DNA from: Klebsormidium nitens
Taxonomy: Eukaryota; Plantae; Klebsormidiophyceae
Reading direction: 5' to 3'
NCBI GenBank assembly: GCA_000708835.1
Contig: DF237551.1
Coordinates: forward strand, 1 to 52,859
Length of the DNA: 52,859 bases
The notes beneath the pieces are model-generated. The model did not search any database. It was given only the letters and a program-made list of their open reading frames with translations, and was not told the origin of the DNA. Every line of letters starts with the position of its first letter. The stretch's first letter is position 1. The position numbers and the translations under genes were made by a program. Of this stretch, positions 1 to 13,389 are shown in pieces.

Positions 1-616
1 CAGTGTTAAGACTGGGCGTCCGGCCCCTGGTAAATGGACGCCCGATGGCCGCCCCAGACCCCCGAAGGGGGTCGCCAGGGTGTCCGAAGGACGCCCGATC
101 AGCTGGGCTAGGGGGTCCGGGTGACACCCAACCGCAGACATCAGGGTGCCCATGGACACCCATTCAAACTGGTTCAGGGGGTCCATCGTCCAGCAGAATA
201 TGAGCATTACCTAAATACAGCTCACTTCTGTTATAGTACCATTTTTGCAAGCCAAACCTGTTACAGTGTCAAAATTTGAACGTTGGACTGGGTGGCTATC
301 AACAACACTATCCTCCTTGCACAGAGGACGAGCTGTAAAAGAGGGCGTTCTGCCGAGAGCTATAGGTTCGTGCGACACGCTACAGGGCTTGGATTTACAT
401 ACCCCCAGCGCTTCTTTACGGTCGATCTAGCTAAGTCCCGACTCCCCTGTGAGGCGGCCGGGTTAATCATGAAGAACGCCCGGGGGGCTCCCCGATCGAG
501 GCGCCGAAGGCGCCTTCGGACGCCCAATCAGAGCGACCAGGGCGCCCCGTGGGCACCCAATCACGCCCGCTAGGGCGTCCAAGGGCACCCAATCGAAAAA
601 GTTACGCTTAACACTG
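1..616. mobile_element. Non-autonomous hAT-like MITE
   Basis: 10-bp terminal inverted repeat CAGTGTTAAG (1-10) / CTTAACACTG (607-616). It is followed by the palindromic 8-mer CTCTAGAG (617-624), matching the NTCTAGAN target preference of Charlie-type hATs. Subterminal GG(A/G)C(A/G)CCC motifs cluster in both orientations at both ends (14, 36, 78, 89, 144, 154, 518, 551, 573, 583). No transposase ORF. The left TSD lies outside the window. Confidence 0.72.
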
Positions 617-1806
617 CTCTAGAGGCAACTTATCTTGCATTCGTATAGGTTCGAGCTCATTATAGGCAAGGGCCTCATGAGTGTTTTCAATGATTGGAGT
701 GGTTTGCACTTAGGTAGCCTGTGTCCCAATCGATATTGGCAGACAGCCCACGGGGGTACCCTTCCACACCGGCCCCCGGAGTAGGTTTCATGCTTATCCC
801 GAAAACACCCGAAAGGTCCCGAAAGACTCGTAGTGAGTACTGTCGCTGTCGCTTTCGTGTCAAGTTTCACGTTCTTTTCGCTTCTACTTTCGTCCCGATC
901 CGTCGTTCCGATCTATTGTTCTCTTTGTTTCAGTCTTTAATGATATGTTCCACTACGGGTCCATTGCAGTCCGTTCCATCATGAGCCCGTTCAATGCTCC
1001 CTTCCGTTCTCCTTTTGATATGCTTCCGCTGGTCCTACGCACTTCGCTTGCGTCTCTTTTTTTCCACTCTGACCACTCGCCTCTAGCTGCTCTGTTTTTC
1101 TACAATTTCCGACGGACCTCTGCTAGGCAGGCGGATCGTTTTTCTCATAGATATACTCGAGCTCCATTTGCGGCCATGAAGCAAAGAGCGCCATTCTTGC
1201 ATAGGAACCTAGTTGCGTCGCATGTACGTCACCAACTGTAGAGAATACGATCAGCCGGGCGTTCTTATGCACTGTGCGCCTCTTGGAACAGCTTCCTCAT
1301 GAGCTTTGCAAGTTCGTCTTATCATTGCCAGACTATCTTATAATGGCAACCGACGTTTATCATCTGCAACAACCAATGAAGAGTCACTGGCTGCCTGATC
1401 ACACTGAAGCTGCTTGGCATGAGGAACTCGTGATTGATTCTCGCAAGGCAGCCCTACCAAAACGTGCCTGCTTTCTTGCGAGAGAACCTTGCCTCTAGTC
1501 ATCGCATCATGCCGATTTCACTAGCTTGGGCTTGGCAGCGAGTCCGATCGGACCCGTATCTGCACTACATAGCATGCAGCATGGGATCAGAATGATGCCG
1601 AGTGTTAATATCGACCATTCAATCGTGAGCACAAGGCCGCCCGTGTTCGAACGGGCATACTAGATCGTCAGTTTGAGGGTTTTGGCGTAGATAAAGTTCT
1701 TGCTATCAATGCGTCGCTGACGAGTCTTATAGACACAAAGACGGCTCGAACGAACACTCAACGCTACATGGCTTTCGTTGGCATCTACTCATTGCGACTT
1801 AGCGGT

Positions 1807-4800
1807 TCACATTGCGGCAGCCGCCACTTGCTCCTCTTCTTGCTGACCCGAGAGTTCAGCCGCCTCACGGTCCGCTCCTTGCATGAAGTTTGGCGGCTTA
1901 GGAACGAGTCCTGCAAAAGACACGAGTGCTAGCAATCAGTCAGTCTTACTCTAATTGCTCCAAGACATGCGATTGCAGGTGAGGAGATAACGTCAATCAC
2001 TTTGCAGAGATACTTTACGCAAACAAACCACAAGCAGTCCGGTACTTGGCGTCCTACGACTGTCCGTGAAACTTGATTCTGCTTTTTGAGGGCTTACCCA
2101 ATTTCACGAGAACCGACTTCAAAAGACAAGTGCGTTCTAGAGGTGGTCCATTTTTAGTCTCAGCTCATTAGTTATTTGTCATCTGGATGCAATCCTACAC
2201 GAACCCACGTTCTCGACAGGAAGCTATCGCTAACAAGGACAAACCTTACAAGCACTGTTCAAAGGTCTCGTGCAAGAGAAGCAATAGCAAACTGACAGTT
2301 GTTCATATTGGACCCCTGTCAACATCGGGGATTTGGCAAAACATTGTCGACATAACCGGACAGAGTCAAGTTCTGGAAGTCGACTTTGGCCGGAAACAAT
2401 CTAGAAATGTGCACAATCTGACAGTCTTCGCGGTTTAGGGTTATAGGGATCCCGGTCTAGGCCCTCACCCAGCGTCTTGAACATCTGCTGATCTTGATCG
2501 TAGTCGTTGTTGGGCGTCGTCAGCAGCTTCTCCCCCGTGAAGATCGAGTTGGCGCCAGCCATAAAACATAGAGCCTGCAAGTAAGCACGGGCTATAGATG
2601 GTAAAAGCACCCTTTTCGAGCGTTCCGCTCGAGCTGGAATCAGCAGATACCCGGCACTTTGTGCCTAGAATGTTCGCTCGACGTGCTTGGGTAAAAGTAC
2701 GAGGTTTGTGCTTGAGAAATGAACTTGCAAAACATGTTGGCAGAGACCGAGGGGCATAACATCGCCACGGGCCGACGCGGCCCCATAAGAATAGATTGGC
2801 CAAATTTACTTCGACGAAATCTTCCTTGAGATGTGATCACAGGACCGAAGTGTCTGAAAAGAGAGAAATGACCCCTTAGGAATCCACAGCAGGTGGCTGA
2901 ATCTCAATCGAGGATTGGAGTAAGCGGTCCAGCATCTCTTGCTTCTTGTGGAAGACGATGTCGGATTCAAAACTGGTCTCCTGACTTCTAAATTCCACCA
3001 GCTTTGACCTTTGTGGGCTGATGAAGGAGAGGAGGAACAAAGGAAGGATGAAGCGACAGAAATGACCGTTACTCTATGAACTTGCTTTGCTTAAACGCGA
3101 GTATTAGCCCAAAAGTACGACCAGACTGTGCAAAATCTGGTGGTTGGCCCTAACAAACAGCGTCAGTACTGATCGCTACGGACCATCCTTGTACACGACG
3201 AATCGCTGATGGACAAAGTCAGGGACTCTCCTTTGTCCCTGAATTATTCCTGGAGCAAAACCCGCACACAGCCTACCCGCTTATCGCATAGCTTTTCCAC
3301 ATGGTCAGGTGATCGCAGAATGCCGCAATTGAGAACTTGTTCAAAAGGGACGGCATTCACTGTGGGTGTCTGCGCACGTAGTCTTTGGTGTCAGAACGGA
3401 TGGAGGGAGAACGGGGCCTCCCGAGCCAACGTAAGAGACCGTTTCTAGCTATAATCCCCAAGATCGACGGTCTGGGTTGCTCAGATTTACAATGTTGACC
3501 GCGATCAAAGGAGTGGGGTCCCAGGGACGGCCCGGGAGTTCCTTCCGTTCTGTCATACAAAGAAGGGATTTCAAGTCCTGTTGCTGCTATTCTGAGGCAC
3601 GCGGCTGTTCCGGACTCGGGACGGGGCCAAAACACAGAGTTCGGGCATCCGTGTCGAACACATCCCACGACGCCCTCTTTTGAAGTGGGCGTAGGATTGA
3701 AAGGGCACCAGTGACTTTCCAAGTCTCAGAGAGCACTCGTCGTCGACGAATAATGTTGCATCTTGGTAGTTTTCCACGGCGACCAACGTGGCGGTCTGTT
3801 CTCCGAGGCGTGAGGTCACATGACATGACCCGAAAAACGGACCGTTCTGTTGAAGCAGAATCCAGAGAAAGGAAGAGCGTGGTTACCTGCTCCGGCAGTG
3901 AGAACTTGACGCGCCCCGCAGACAACCGCACCATGGCCGTTGGCATCGTGACGCGGGCGGTCGCGATCATGCGGATCATCTCCCAGACCTCGACGGGCTG
4001 CACGCAACGAGATCCGGTCTGTGAGATGAGATGATTTGGCGTGCCAAAGATCCATCCAGATAGCGCTCTGGGCGCCGAGTCCACCGGTGCGCCGTAACCC
4101 TGCCTTGACCCTGCCTTGACCCTGCCTTGACCCTGCCGTAACCCTGCCCGCGTACGAGTTTTGCTGTCCCGCCTGAGAAGTCTCGTCTCCTAAGCCGCTC
4201 AGCTACTTCGATGGGTTCAAACTTCACGACAGCAAGCGAGTTTGAAGGCAGCCTCCCATGCGAGGACTACAGCGGCCAGAAATTCTGTCAAACCTGCAGC
4301 ATCTTGACGGGTTATAATCCATACAATCGAAGAACACTCTGCATCACAGCCGCACGGATGTGTCGCTCCTCCTTTCGACTTCCGCCCTTGCTTCGGCAAG
4401 CGCACGCAACGTCCCTCAATACGCCGGTAAATCCCCCTTGCGTTAGCACATAAGCTGGCCCCCCACTCATACCTTTTGGTCCTGCAGGGGCGTCCCGGGT
4501 ACTGCCAGCAACGCATTGATGGGCACGGACTCCGGATGCTCCGGTAGCGTGGCAAGGGTGTGAATAAGCCCCACGCGGTCCTCGGCGGCCTCCCCCATGC
4601 CGATGATTCCCCCGCTGCACACGCTGATGCCGGCGTCGCGCACGTACTTCAAAGTCTGCGAGAGCGAAAGGAGTGTGGTTATGGTAGGAACGAAGAGCTT
4701 TCATGTGCCAAGAGTGTTTCGCGTTGCACGTATATCTGTCCTGTCTGATTGTCAGCGCTGATGCCAGCCTTGCGGGGTCTGCAGAACGAGGTGAGTGAGC

Positions 4801-7692
4801 ATATCTTCAGAAAAGAGGACGACCTTCCAAACTATTTCTCTGATTGGTAGAGTTGTCCAAATGCCTTATGCAAGCGCTGTGTGCCCGCTTATGCAAACGT
4901 AATTCAGGGCCTGCGAAGAAGACAGTCCGGAGTCGTGCATGAACGGGAATCTTCTCGGACATTTGCAGGGTTTGGAAAAGCTCAAGAAAGAGGGGCAGTT
5001 GTCCTCTGAAGTCGCATGCGGAAGCTTGAATGCTTCTACAGAGGATCTGTGCGAGGATCTCGGGGTTTGCAGATCCGGGTGCCGATAGTGCATCGATAAG
5101 CTCACTTCTTAGTTCTGCATCATTTCCAGGCAAGGAGCTCACACGATCTGTGGAGGTTAGACCAACAGCAGGTACTTTATACGCCAGTGCAATCGACCGT
5201 TTGGAAAAGAGGACGAGGACCCTTTACCTGCAACCGGTCATCATAAGAGCGCGTGGTGATGATGGACGGGTAGAACTCGCGGCTTGTGTCGAGGTTGTGG
5301 TTGTACGCCGTGAGGCCCGCCTCGCGCAGCTGCCGCGCCTGCGCCTCCTCGATCATGCCCAGCGTGCAGCACACCTCCATGCCCATCCCCCTGGAAAGGG
5401 CAAATCGGGTAACTTGTCAAAATGTCACGGTGTAAGTTCCCTATCTGTCATCGTCTTTGGATAGGTCTGATCTCCCTCTTCAGAGAAAACCGACGTGTGG
5501 ATTCTGCCTGCCATGCTTCAAGGCAACCTTTGAGACATTTCGTAGGCTTGGTCTGCTCTTCTTCCTCTTTCGGCTGTGGATCATGTCGGCTGTGGATCGA
5601 AACAGGATCGTGTCTCATTATACTTCGACACATCATATTTGCCCGGCCTGACGCTTCTGGGCTTCACCTGAGCTTGTCTCTGCCCAATCTTTCGACATCT
5701 CTTGGGGATTTAGTCCTCTGCATTTACTGATCCTTTGGCACATGCAATGCGTCACTCTGTCGGGTTTCATCTGCGCTTCTGGTGACATCCTGAGCCAAAT
5801 TCCCCTTGGGCAAGCAAACAATCCCCTCGAGTGTCAAACCCCCTGGGTATCCTGTACGTATGGCTGCGCCAATAAGCCCATACTCTCTAAGATCACCACC
5901 CAAGGCGCTGATGAAGCCGACAGCTCTTAGGCAATAATCCCTCCCCACTAACAGATTCGATCAGGTAAGAGGTTACTTCCACCCACTGTTCCTTGACTGA
6001 GCGATATGCAGTTGACTGAAGCAATATGAGCTCAATGTGACCACAGCGGACACCAAACAGAGGTGAGTCACTTACCGGATCTCCTTCACATAGGTCAGAA
6101 TCTGGTTGAAGTTGGTCTTCCGTCCAATCGTGTCCCTCCATGCAGCCCCCATGCAGAACCGAGTGCTCCCCGCCTCTTTCGCCCTTCGCGCCGCAGCGAT
6201 GACTGTGTCTTCCGCCATCAGCTTTTCGGCTTTCACACCAGTGCTGCAAGAAGCCGCGCGCGTATGCTTTCGAGAAGGATTGAGAAGCTGGGGCCGAATC
6301 GTTAGAACTGCCTAGCAATCAGGGGCTACGCAGCATGAAAGTGGACTACCTTGTGAAGCTAGTATCCCCCGGGTATGCCCTTTTAAGCAAGTACGGAGTA
6401 GACGGACGAGGACTATTGAGGAAAGCAGCACCTGCATGCTGATTGCCCTGAAAGACAACAGGGACTTTCAAGCTTAACTTCCCTCGTGTATCAGCCACAC
6501 AATACTCCATTGGAACGCCTCCTTCAAGCCCTAAACATAGTGCACGAGTGATCGCCAGAGCCCCAAGGTTCAGCATCTTTCAACTATGCCAAAAGATGGT
6601 GGTACTAATGCTTACGTGTATCGGCTCGACTGCGGGCAGTACGAGCAGTCCTCGGAGCAGCCCCCCGTTTTGATCGACAGCAACGTGCATTGCTGCACCT
6701 CTCGGAAGCGGTGGAAGTGCCGATGGACCTCTGCCTGCGAAACGACAGGAAATAAGTGTTACAGGCAACCTTCTCTGTTTCGAAAACATTCTGTCGCTTA
6801 GACTGAGGCCTTGATATTTATTTCCAATGTTCTTTATTTTGCTGCAGAGGCCACTGTCATATTGTTGCACTTATCGTATCTGCGTGCCTGAATAATGTTT
6901 GAACGACACTCTTTGTGCGTCAAAGACTTCCGCTTCTAGTGGCATTCTTCAGGTCCAGGGAGTGGTTGCCATGAGAGGCCAAGTTTGTCGTCCTGAATCC
7001 TTTTGAAGATGCTTGTCAAAAGGCACCTCTCAAACGTTCAAGAGACTTTTGATCGTGTTCCATTCCTGCACATGACCAGGGGAGACAAGCAAGAAGATTG
7101 ATTGTGTGTATAGAGGAAGTTGGGAATGCAGAGTGTCACCGCAAGAAAACCTTTGGATATGCTGATTGTTAAACCAGTATTACGCAATTCACTGAAAATC
7201 AAGAGTCCTCTGACCACTGTTCATATTTCAATGCTGGCAAGAACTGATAAATGAGAATGCATTGAGCGTAAACGGACTCACTCCATGAAAAAGTAGGTCC
7301 ATCAGCGGCGAGTCGAAGATGGCCTGGATTTCGGCCTTGCTCCAGTCCTTTCTCGGAGCATTGCGCAGCGCATACTCTGCCGCCACAGACACCGCGGACC
7401 GCCCCTCAACATGAGGGGCCGATGCTCTGCTTGTCGTCGTTGTACCCCTCGGATCTGCGTTCGCTGTACTAAAACCGGTGTAGACTAGCGGTGCTCTAGT
7501 TGTTGTAGCCTGTACTTGAGCCTGAGCAAGCTTGGTGGAGTCCGACTGGGTGTCCCTTGCAGCATTTTCAAAAGGAGCTGAGGGGAAGGCTCCGAAGGAG
7601 GGCGCCAGAAAGGCTGGGCGGAGTACCCCCGCTAATCTTTCTCGGGCCGCTTTCTGGCGCCAAATGTGAGCGCCTAGTCTCTGCAGCGCCAT
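1807..7692 (-). CDS. BIO2: Biotin synthase (radical SAM, BioB/BIO2), 454 aa in my model, with a probable mitochondrial transit peptide
   Basis: Exons complement(7282-7692, 6616-6734, 6076-6243, 5228-5390, 4473-4655, 3887-3997, 2469-2574, 1807-1910); all GT-AG and phase-consistent. Contains the CSEDCSYC (CxxxCxxC) motif, [48 protein letters not shown] and [22 protein letters not shown]. The ATG at 7692 is inferred. Confidence 0.97.
4091..4148. repeat. 11-bp minisatellite in a BIO2 intron (A-B-B-B-A)
   Basis: GCCGTAACCCT, 3x GCCTTGACCCT, GCCGTAACCCT, then GCC. Confidence 0.9.
4752..4790 (-). repeat. Degenerate copy of the BIO2 exon-5 acceptor plus exon start
   Basis: Minus strand TTCTGCAG|ACCCCGCAAGGCTGGCATCAGCG resembles the true TCTCGCAG|ACTTTGAAGTACGTGCGCGACGCCGGCATCAGCG. 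The two AG acceptors are 123 bp apart. Confidence 0.55.
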
Positions 7693-9229
7693 TTTTGGCT
7701 CAAGGCGGAGGGCAATGGAGACCCAAGTCAAGCTTCTGGTCAAATGCAGGAGAATGCTGGTTCTCTTTGCGCTCCCAGGTAGGCAACAACTTGTGCGGCT
7801 GCCTACAGGTGCCTGGACCGAGTCCTAGCTGCTCCCCTCCTGCCGCCTTATGCAAAGATCTGTCAGCAGAAAAGGTGGTGGCATGTGACAGCGCACCAAT
7901 GCTTTCAAACCCTTTTCAACCACCACAATCTGCGCGCTCTGCCCCAGCTCTTGAGCTCTGCAAAGGATGGCAAACCTTAAGCTTTGGCCTCAACTCGAGA
8001 GTGGCGAGAGAGCGTCCTCTAGAGCTATTTTCAGCAGCTGCCTTGCTGCATTGTCCTCGAAAGTGAAAGGTCTGCATCGTCCTTCCCATTTCGAAGTTTA
8101 AGTTTCGTTAGGCAAACCCGTTCGAAGCTGGCAGACTGTAGTCTGTATCCTCACATCAGGGACCATACTGTGACAGCGTGGCATGCATGTCATGTACAAA
8201 GCACCGTCCGATGGTCCCCAAGTTTCAGATTAGGCGGTCTCCATCCACCCAATTGAAGGCTCTGTAAATAGACCCCTATCAATGCGTCCTGGCGTTCTGA
8301 CCTCAAACATCATGTAGGTGAACTGCTTTTCTCGTCTGCACAGGCAGCAGAGAGTCAGAGTCAGAGAAGAACAAGGACTGATTGTCTACACCAAAGCCAA
8401 AGGCACCGCATTGAGTCGCCATTGCTCTTTGATCCTCTAGACCCAGCAAGGGATGGGCGTGGATCACTGGATGGGCGCAACCAATGGATTCTGTACTGCT
8501 ACATGGACATGAGTTGAGAGCTTGAGGGGAAAGCAATCGGCGTCGAACCCCCATCATTGTGAAAAACGGGGCAACAAGGAGCGACAGCTTTGGAGGTGAG
8601 ACGTGATTTTATAATGAAACTTTATGTGAAACGACGTACTTGCAAGCTTTGACCCGATGGAATGGTGGTGGGCTTTATAGCTTGATCTTCATACATACAT
8701 TCAATGCCAGCAGCAAAGTTTCGATGCAAATGTAGTCCTGCTTTACATGATGAGGCAGAGAGTCAGCGGACTTGGACATTGCTGAGGCCAACGCAATAAG
8801 AACCTGACAGTCTCCTCTTTGCCTCCTCAGCTGCAACACAATCATTTGCTTCATGGCATGAAGTCTGGGCTTTAATGAATGATCATTGCTCCCCAACGAA
8901 AATTTGGCTTGGACAACTGCGGTTGGCTGTCTTTACATATTTCGTTACTTCTTCTTGAAAGCTCTCGGTCCTTTTTCTCATTATTTTAGCCCTCCGGATT
9001 CTACATGGTGCTTTAAAAAGAAAGCTTGGTCAACCTTGCAAGCAACTCAAGTGAAAGTTGCACCGTCGCTTGGGCAAACACACTTCAACTCGCACGCGGC
9101 AGTTGACCAATCCATCAAAGTCCACAACTCATCCTGATGCCAACGCAGCTTACAACCTCTATGACAGACACAGAAACACCCTAACCAACTCTGACCTCGA
9201 AGTCTCTCTGCCATTCTAGCAGATTCACC

Positions 9230-12200
9230 ATGGCCCTAAAGACGCCACTGTGCGATCTTCTCGCCTGTGAGTACCCTATCATGAACGCTCCGATGAGGGA
9301 CCTTGGAGGTCCCCGGCTCGCCGCGGCTGTCAGCAACGCCGGCGGCTTTGGGGTTATTCAGAAGCAGTACGACACCCCTGAGCTCTTTCGGGAGCACGTC
9401 AAGCAGACAAAGGCCCTCACGGAGCGGCCATTTGGGGCAAGCTTCTTGCTGAGCTTTCCGTATGAGGAGCTCCTGCAGGTAAGTTTGGCTAACCGAGCAA
9501 ACAAACAAGAAAGTTGGTTCTTGAGGAGAATTGTCAATTTATTCCTTCCTGTTATGGAAGGTCAGCCCAGGAGCGTAGAGGAGACGTTGATTTGCCGGAG
9601 ACATTGATTTGCCGGACCTGCTTCTATGCTTCGCTTGGACTGGTTGTTGAAGCTCGGACACTTTTGCCCATTTGGAACTGATATCTATGATACTCCATCT
9701 TTGCCCTGTATATTCAACGGTATTGTCCCAGGATTTTATGTAATGCCTTGAAGGTCTGGCGCGTGTGTATATGTTTCGATAAGTCTAATGCAGTGGTTCG
9801 AAGCCCCAACGCTCAAGAACCCAGTCTCAAAAAACTTGTTTTAAAGAGTCCTTAAAACATACATTGTGAGCTGTCAGCTGTGACTGTGCTTCATGGCATG
9901 TTTGGTCATCGTCAGTCCTGTGTGCGCCTGGACGGGATTTGCCAGGCATACGCTAGATCCAAACCTGGAGCATTCTCCATATTATTCGTCCTTCTTTAAT
10001 GCTTCTTTTCTCCTTCGAACCTGTGAAGGATCGACCTGCCAATCCACAAAGCTTTTCTCTCCCTTTTCCCTCTCCTATTCAGCAGTACGCTCTGATCAAT
10101 CTGTTATGGTGCACCAGTAGCCGAGGGCCCTCTACAAGGTACGGCTGTTCGAATGTTCTGTACGCAAACCATCTTTCACCGACCAAAAGCTGAACACATG
10201 AGAAGTGTCAAAGATTTGAGTTCGTCATATACCTCAGCCGTTTGCTGCTTCCTGTGACAGGTCTGCTTTGACGAGGGGGTCCCCTACGTGTCCTTCTATT
10301 GGGGCGACATCCCCCCTGTCATCATCGAGCGGTGCCATCAACACGGAGTTAAAGTCGGTCAACAGGTTGGGACCGTTGCTGATGCAGTCGAGTGCAAGGA
10401 GGCTGGGGTCGACATCATCATTGCCCAGGTACGATTGTTTAAAGCACTGTGCAACTTTGAAGACCTATCTTGTTGTTGCCGACCGTTCGCTTGACAGCTT
10501 CCCTTCAAAAACATCATGTGGACCTATTCTGTTCTTCGCTTGAAATTTGAAACAAGACTGGATACGAAGTGCAGTGTACGCTTTGTCCATGAAAATGCGA
10601 AGCGTTTCAACATTTTCGAGTACAAGCCTGACCATGCGAACACGCTCTTCTGCTGAACGCCTCCTTCTCCTGTCTGCTTTCTTCTTATCCTCGTATCTCT
10701 CCTTTTGTGCGCATTGCCACTTGCCTCTGGGTTTCTAGCTTCGGCGTCTCTTTAGAACTCTCAGATTTAAGGTCGCAGCATGGCTGCCTTGTTGCATTCG
10801 AACAAGGAGACGAACGTCTGCCTCCCGACGTTAGGCTCATGTGCCTGGGCTTTGATGAGGGCTCAATCGTTGAACCACCTTGAGAACCCTCTTCATCGCA
10901 GCGTCCATGTTAGAGCTATATTCTCAGAGTGTTGGCAGATTGAAAGCTCTTTGAAGCATACAAGCAGACTTAGTGAGCATTTGTCATACGACTGACTTTC
11001 AGGTTTCCAGTTGCCGACGTCGTATCTCCTGCTGGCTTCTCAGTTGAACGTGGTGTAAACGGCATACTGTGCTTTTGTTGCGAACTCAACCGTGTTGTGC
11101 ACGGTCGACTCTTCTTGCTACAAGCTTTTCTGGTGCTCTGTGTAAGTCACATCAACCCCACGACGGCCTGTCTCTGCAGGGAGAAGAAGCGGGAGGACAC
11201 GTCATTGGCAACGTCAGCACCATGGTCCTGGTCCCAGCGGTGGTAGAAGCTGTGAAGCCCGTGCCTGTCTTAGCTGGTGAGTCTTTCTGCACGTGCCTTT
11301 ACGATGTGAATGCTCCCTCTATTCTTGCTTGCCTTCGGAATCCAATTCGTCGCAAAGAGGCCGAATAATCCTTCCGTACCATTGTCTTCTTCAGCCCCTC
11401 GCGCCGTCATTCCATACGACTGAGTGTCTAGCGCAACGCGTTGATCGCTTACTCCGGTTTTGAGTTTGACGAGCGCAACATACACAGCACTCTGAGTCAG
11501 GCTTTGACGTCTGGTCTTTCACCAGCCGACCCGTGTCAATCTATTTAGTTTCGCTCTATCTCAAGTCGGGTTCCAAACCTTCCCGAACCGTAAATTCTGG
11601 TCCAAACAAGAACTCAACCACCGTCACTCAGCCGCAAACCATCCCCTAACTCGCCCTAACCCCCTTCCAGCCGTACTGCGCAGCTGGAGGTATTGCTGAC
11701 GCCCGGGGCGTGGTCGCCGCTCTTGCCCTCGGCGCCCAAGGAGTGGTGCTAGGCACCCGGTTCCTTGCGACTCCCGAGTCTGACGCACACGACCTCTACA
11801 AGTCAGTACTCTCTTCGTTTGCGCCCTTCCTTTTCTCCGTGTTTGCCCTGTCCAAAAGGGAGCAGTTGTTTGATATTCTCGATTGGTTTGTTTCAATGTC
11901 TGGCTTCAGCAAGCTCTTGTTTTTTCAGAGAGGCCTTGAAAGGCTTTCACGTTCAATGTGACGCGGATCCTCGAGGGCAGTATTCATGCCAAGCAGCCAA
12001 CACCGAAATAACGATCAAATGTTTCCCGCTCTCAGCTTTCAGAGTGCATCTTCTCTCATCGCTTCTAGCAGTCCTGTAGAAGTCTGTACTCGAGATCAGG
12101 TTCACGCCTTTCCCGGCTGCTCAATCGTCTTTACTCTAGTTCAAAGCTCGTAGAGGATTCGAGCTGTCTGTGGCCTCTTTAGATTGCTGTCCCGGTGATG

Positions 12201-13389
12201 ATGCGTCGCCTCCGAACGTAACTCTTAACCAGGCCTCAACTCTTACGAGCTTATTTGACAGGGAGAAGCTGCTTTCAGCGTCCGAGCTCGACACTCACAA
12301 GTCGCTCCTATGGGGCGCTGCCTGGCCGGATGCCCCTCATCGCGTCCTCCGGACTGGGTTTGTTGAAGCCCACAGTGGGACAGAGGAGGAGGGGCAAAAG
12401 CCAGCCCCTCCGGACGCACCAACCATCGGCACGAGGATAGTGGGGGGAGTGAAGAAAGAAATAAAACCGTTCCAGGTATGCCACTCACGCCCATAAAACA
12501 CGAGACAGGTTGTTGCTCCTTCGGGACGACTTTCGGATCGAGCGTTTATCTTTCTGTTTGGGATGCGGCGTCGAATCTTAAGGGGTTCATTACGCGGGGG
12601 ATCTTCCGGGGGTTATCTTCGAGGGGCCTTGCGGAAGCCTTTGAGAATCATTCTGTATTACATTTGTCTCGTATCTTATTCAAGCTTTTGCACTAACCTA
12701 TGTACTAGCTTCCTTGGGCGGACCACCCGTGATATCGGGATGAGTGGTCTGGTTGATTATTGCTTACTGAGCCCATGTTCTGCAGACTGACTCCAGTCCA
12801 CTTAGCTTTTTAACTTAGGACGACGGGGCAGAGCTGACTTTCAAGATGCTGAGTTGGTCGCGTTCGTTCAGGTTCAATTTCTTATTTTTGTCGTCTCGCT
12901 TCTGCCCATGTCAACAGCGCCACATCCCACTGCTTGAACAGGAGCCGACAGCTCATTCGAGCGTGCAAAGTTTTTGATCATACCGTAGGCACCCTCTGCT
13001 TGAGAAGCGGTCTGCGGCTTGACGTCTTTTCTTGTCTACGTAGGACGTTTCTCTGGTCTTGGCTTCGCCTTTGTCTTGCTTCTCAGAAGTTGTGGAGCTT
13101 CTTCTGCTCACATCAAGTGTTTACGAGTTCACTATGAGTAGACTGAAGTGAAAGCTCATTCTTTGCCTCTCAAGCACGCTCTGAGATCTTGCAAGCGGCT
13201 GCGTTGTTTGATTTTCAGGGTTACACTGTAGACCAGACTGTGGAGGGCGAGATGGACAAGTTGTGTTACTTCGCTGGGCAAAGTGTGGGCATGATCAATG
13301 AACTCAAACCGGCCGGAGACATCGTCCGTGAACTAGTTGATGGAGCGCGGCGGCTGATACACGGAGAACTTCTTGCTTTCGTTCCTTGA
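9230..13389 (+). CDS. Nitronate monooxygenase / 2-nitropropane dioxygenase-family FMN enzyme, 338 aa in my model
   Basis: Exons 9230-9478, 10261-10428, 11180-11276, 11684-11801, 12262-12475, 13219-13389; phase-consistent. Motifs: LAAAVSNAGGFG, AQGEEAGGH (catalytic His), [68 protein letters not shown]. Confidence 0.95.

Noticed and set aside
1274-1498. ORF beginning LLEQLPHELCKFVLSL, vaguely F-box-like
   Set aside because: Only a short resemblance, with no supporting exon structure or further conserved residues.
11643-11662. Two CCCTAAC telomere-like words
   Set aside because: Located at the branch-point position upstream of the NMO exon-4 acceptor; explained by CTAAC branch consensus.
12387-12408. 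19/20 match (GAGGG.CAAAAGCCAGCCCC) to intron sequence at ~48142
   Set aside because: A single such match is plausible by chance in a 53-kb self-comparison; no extension.
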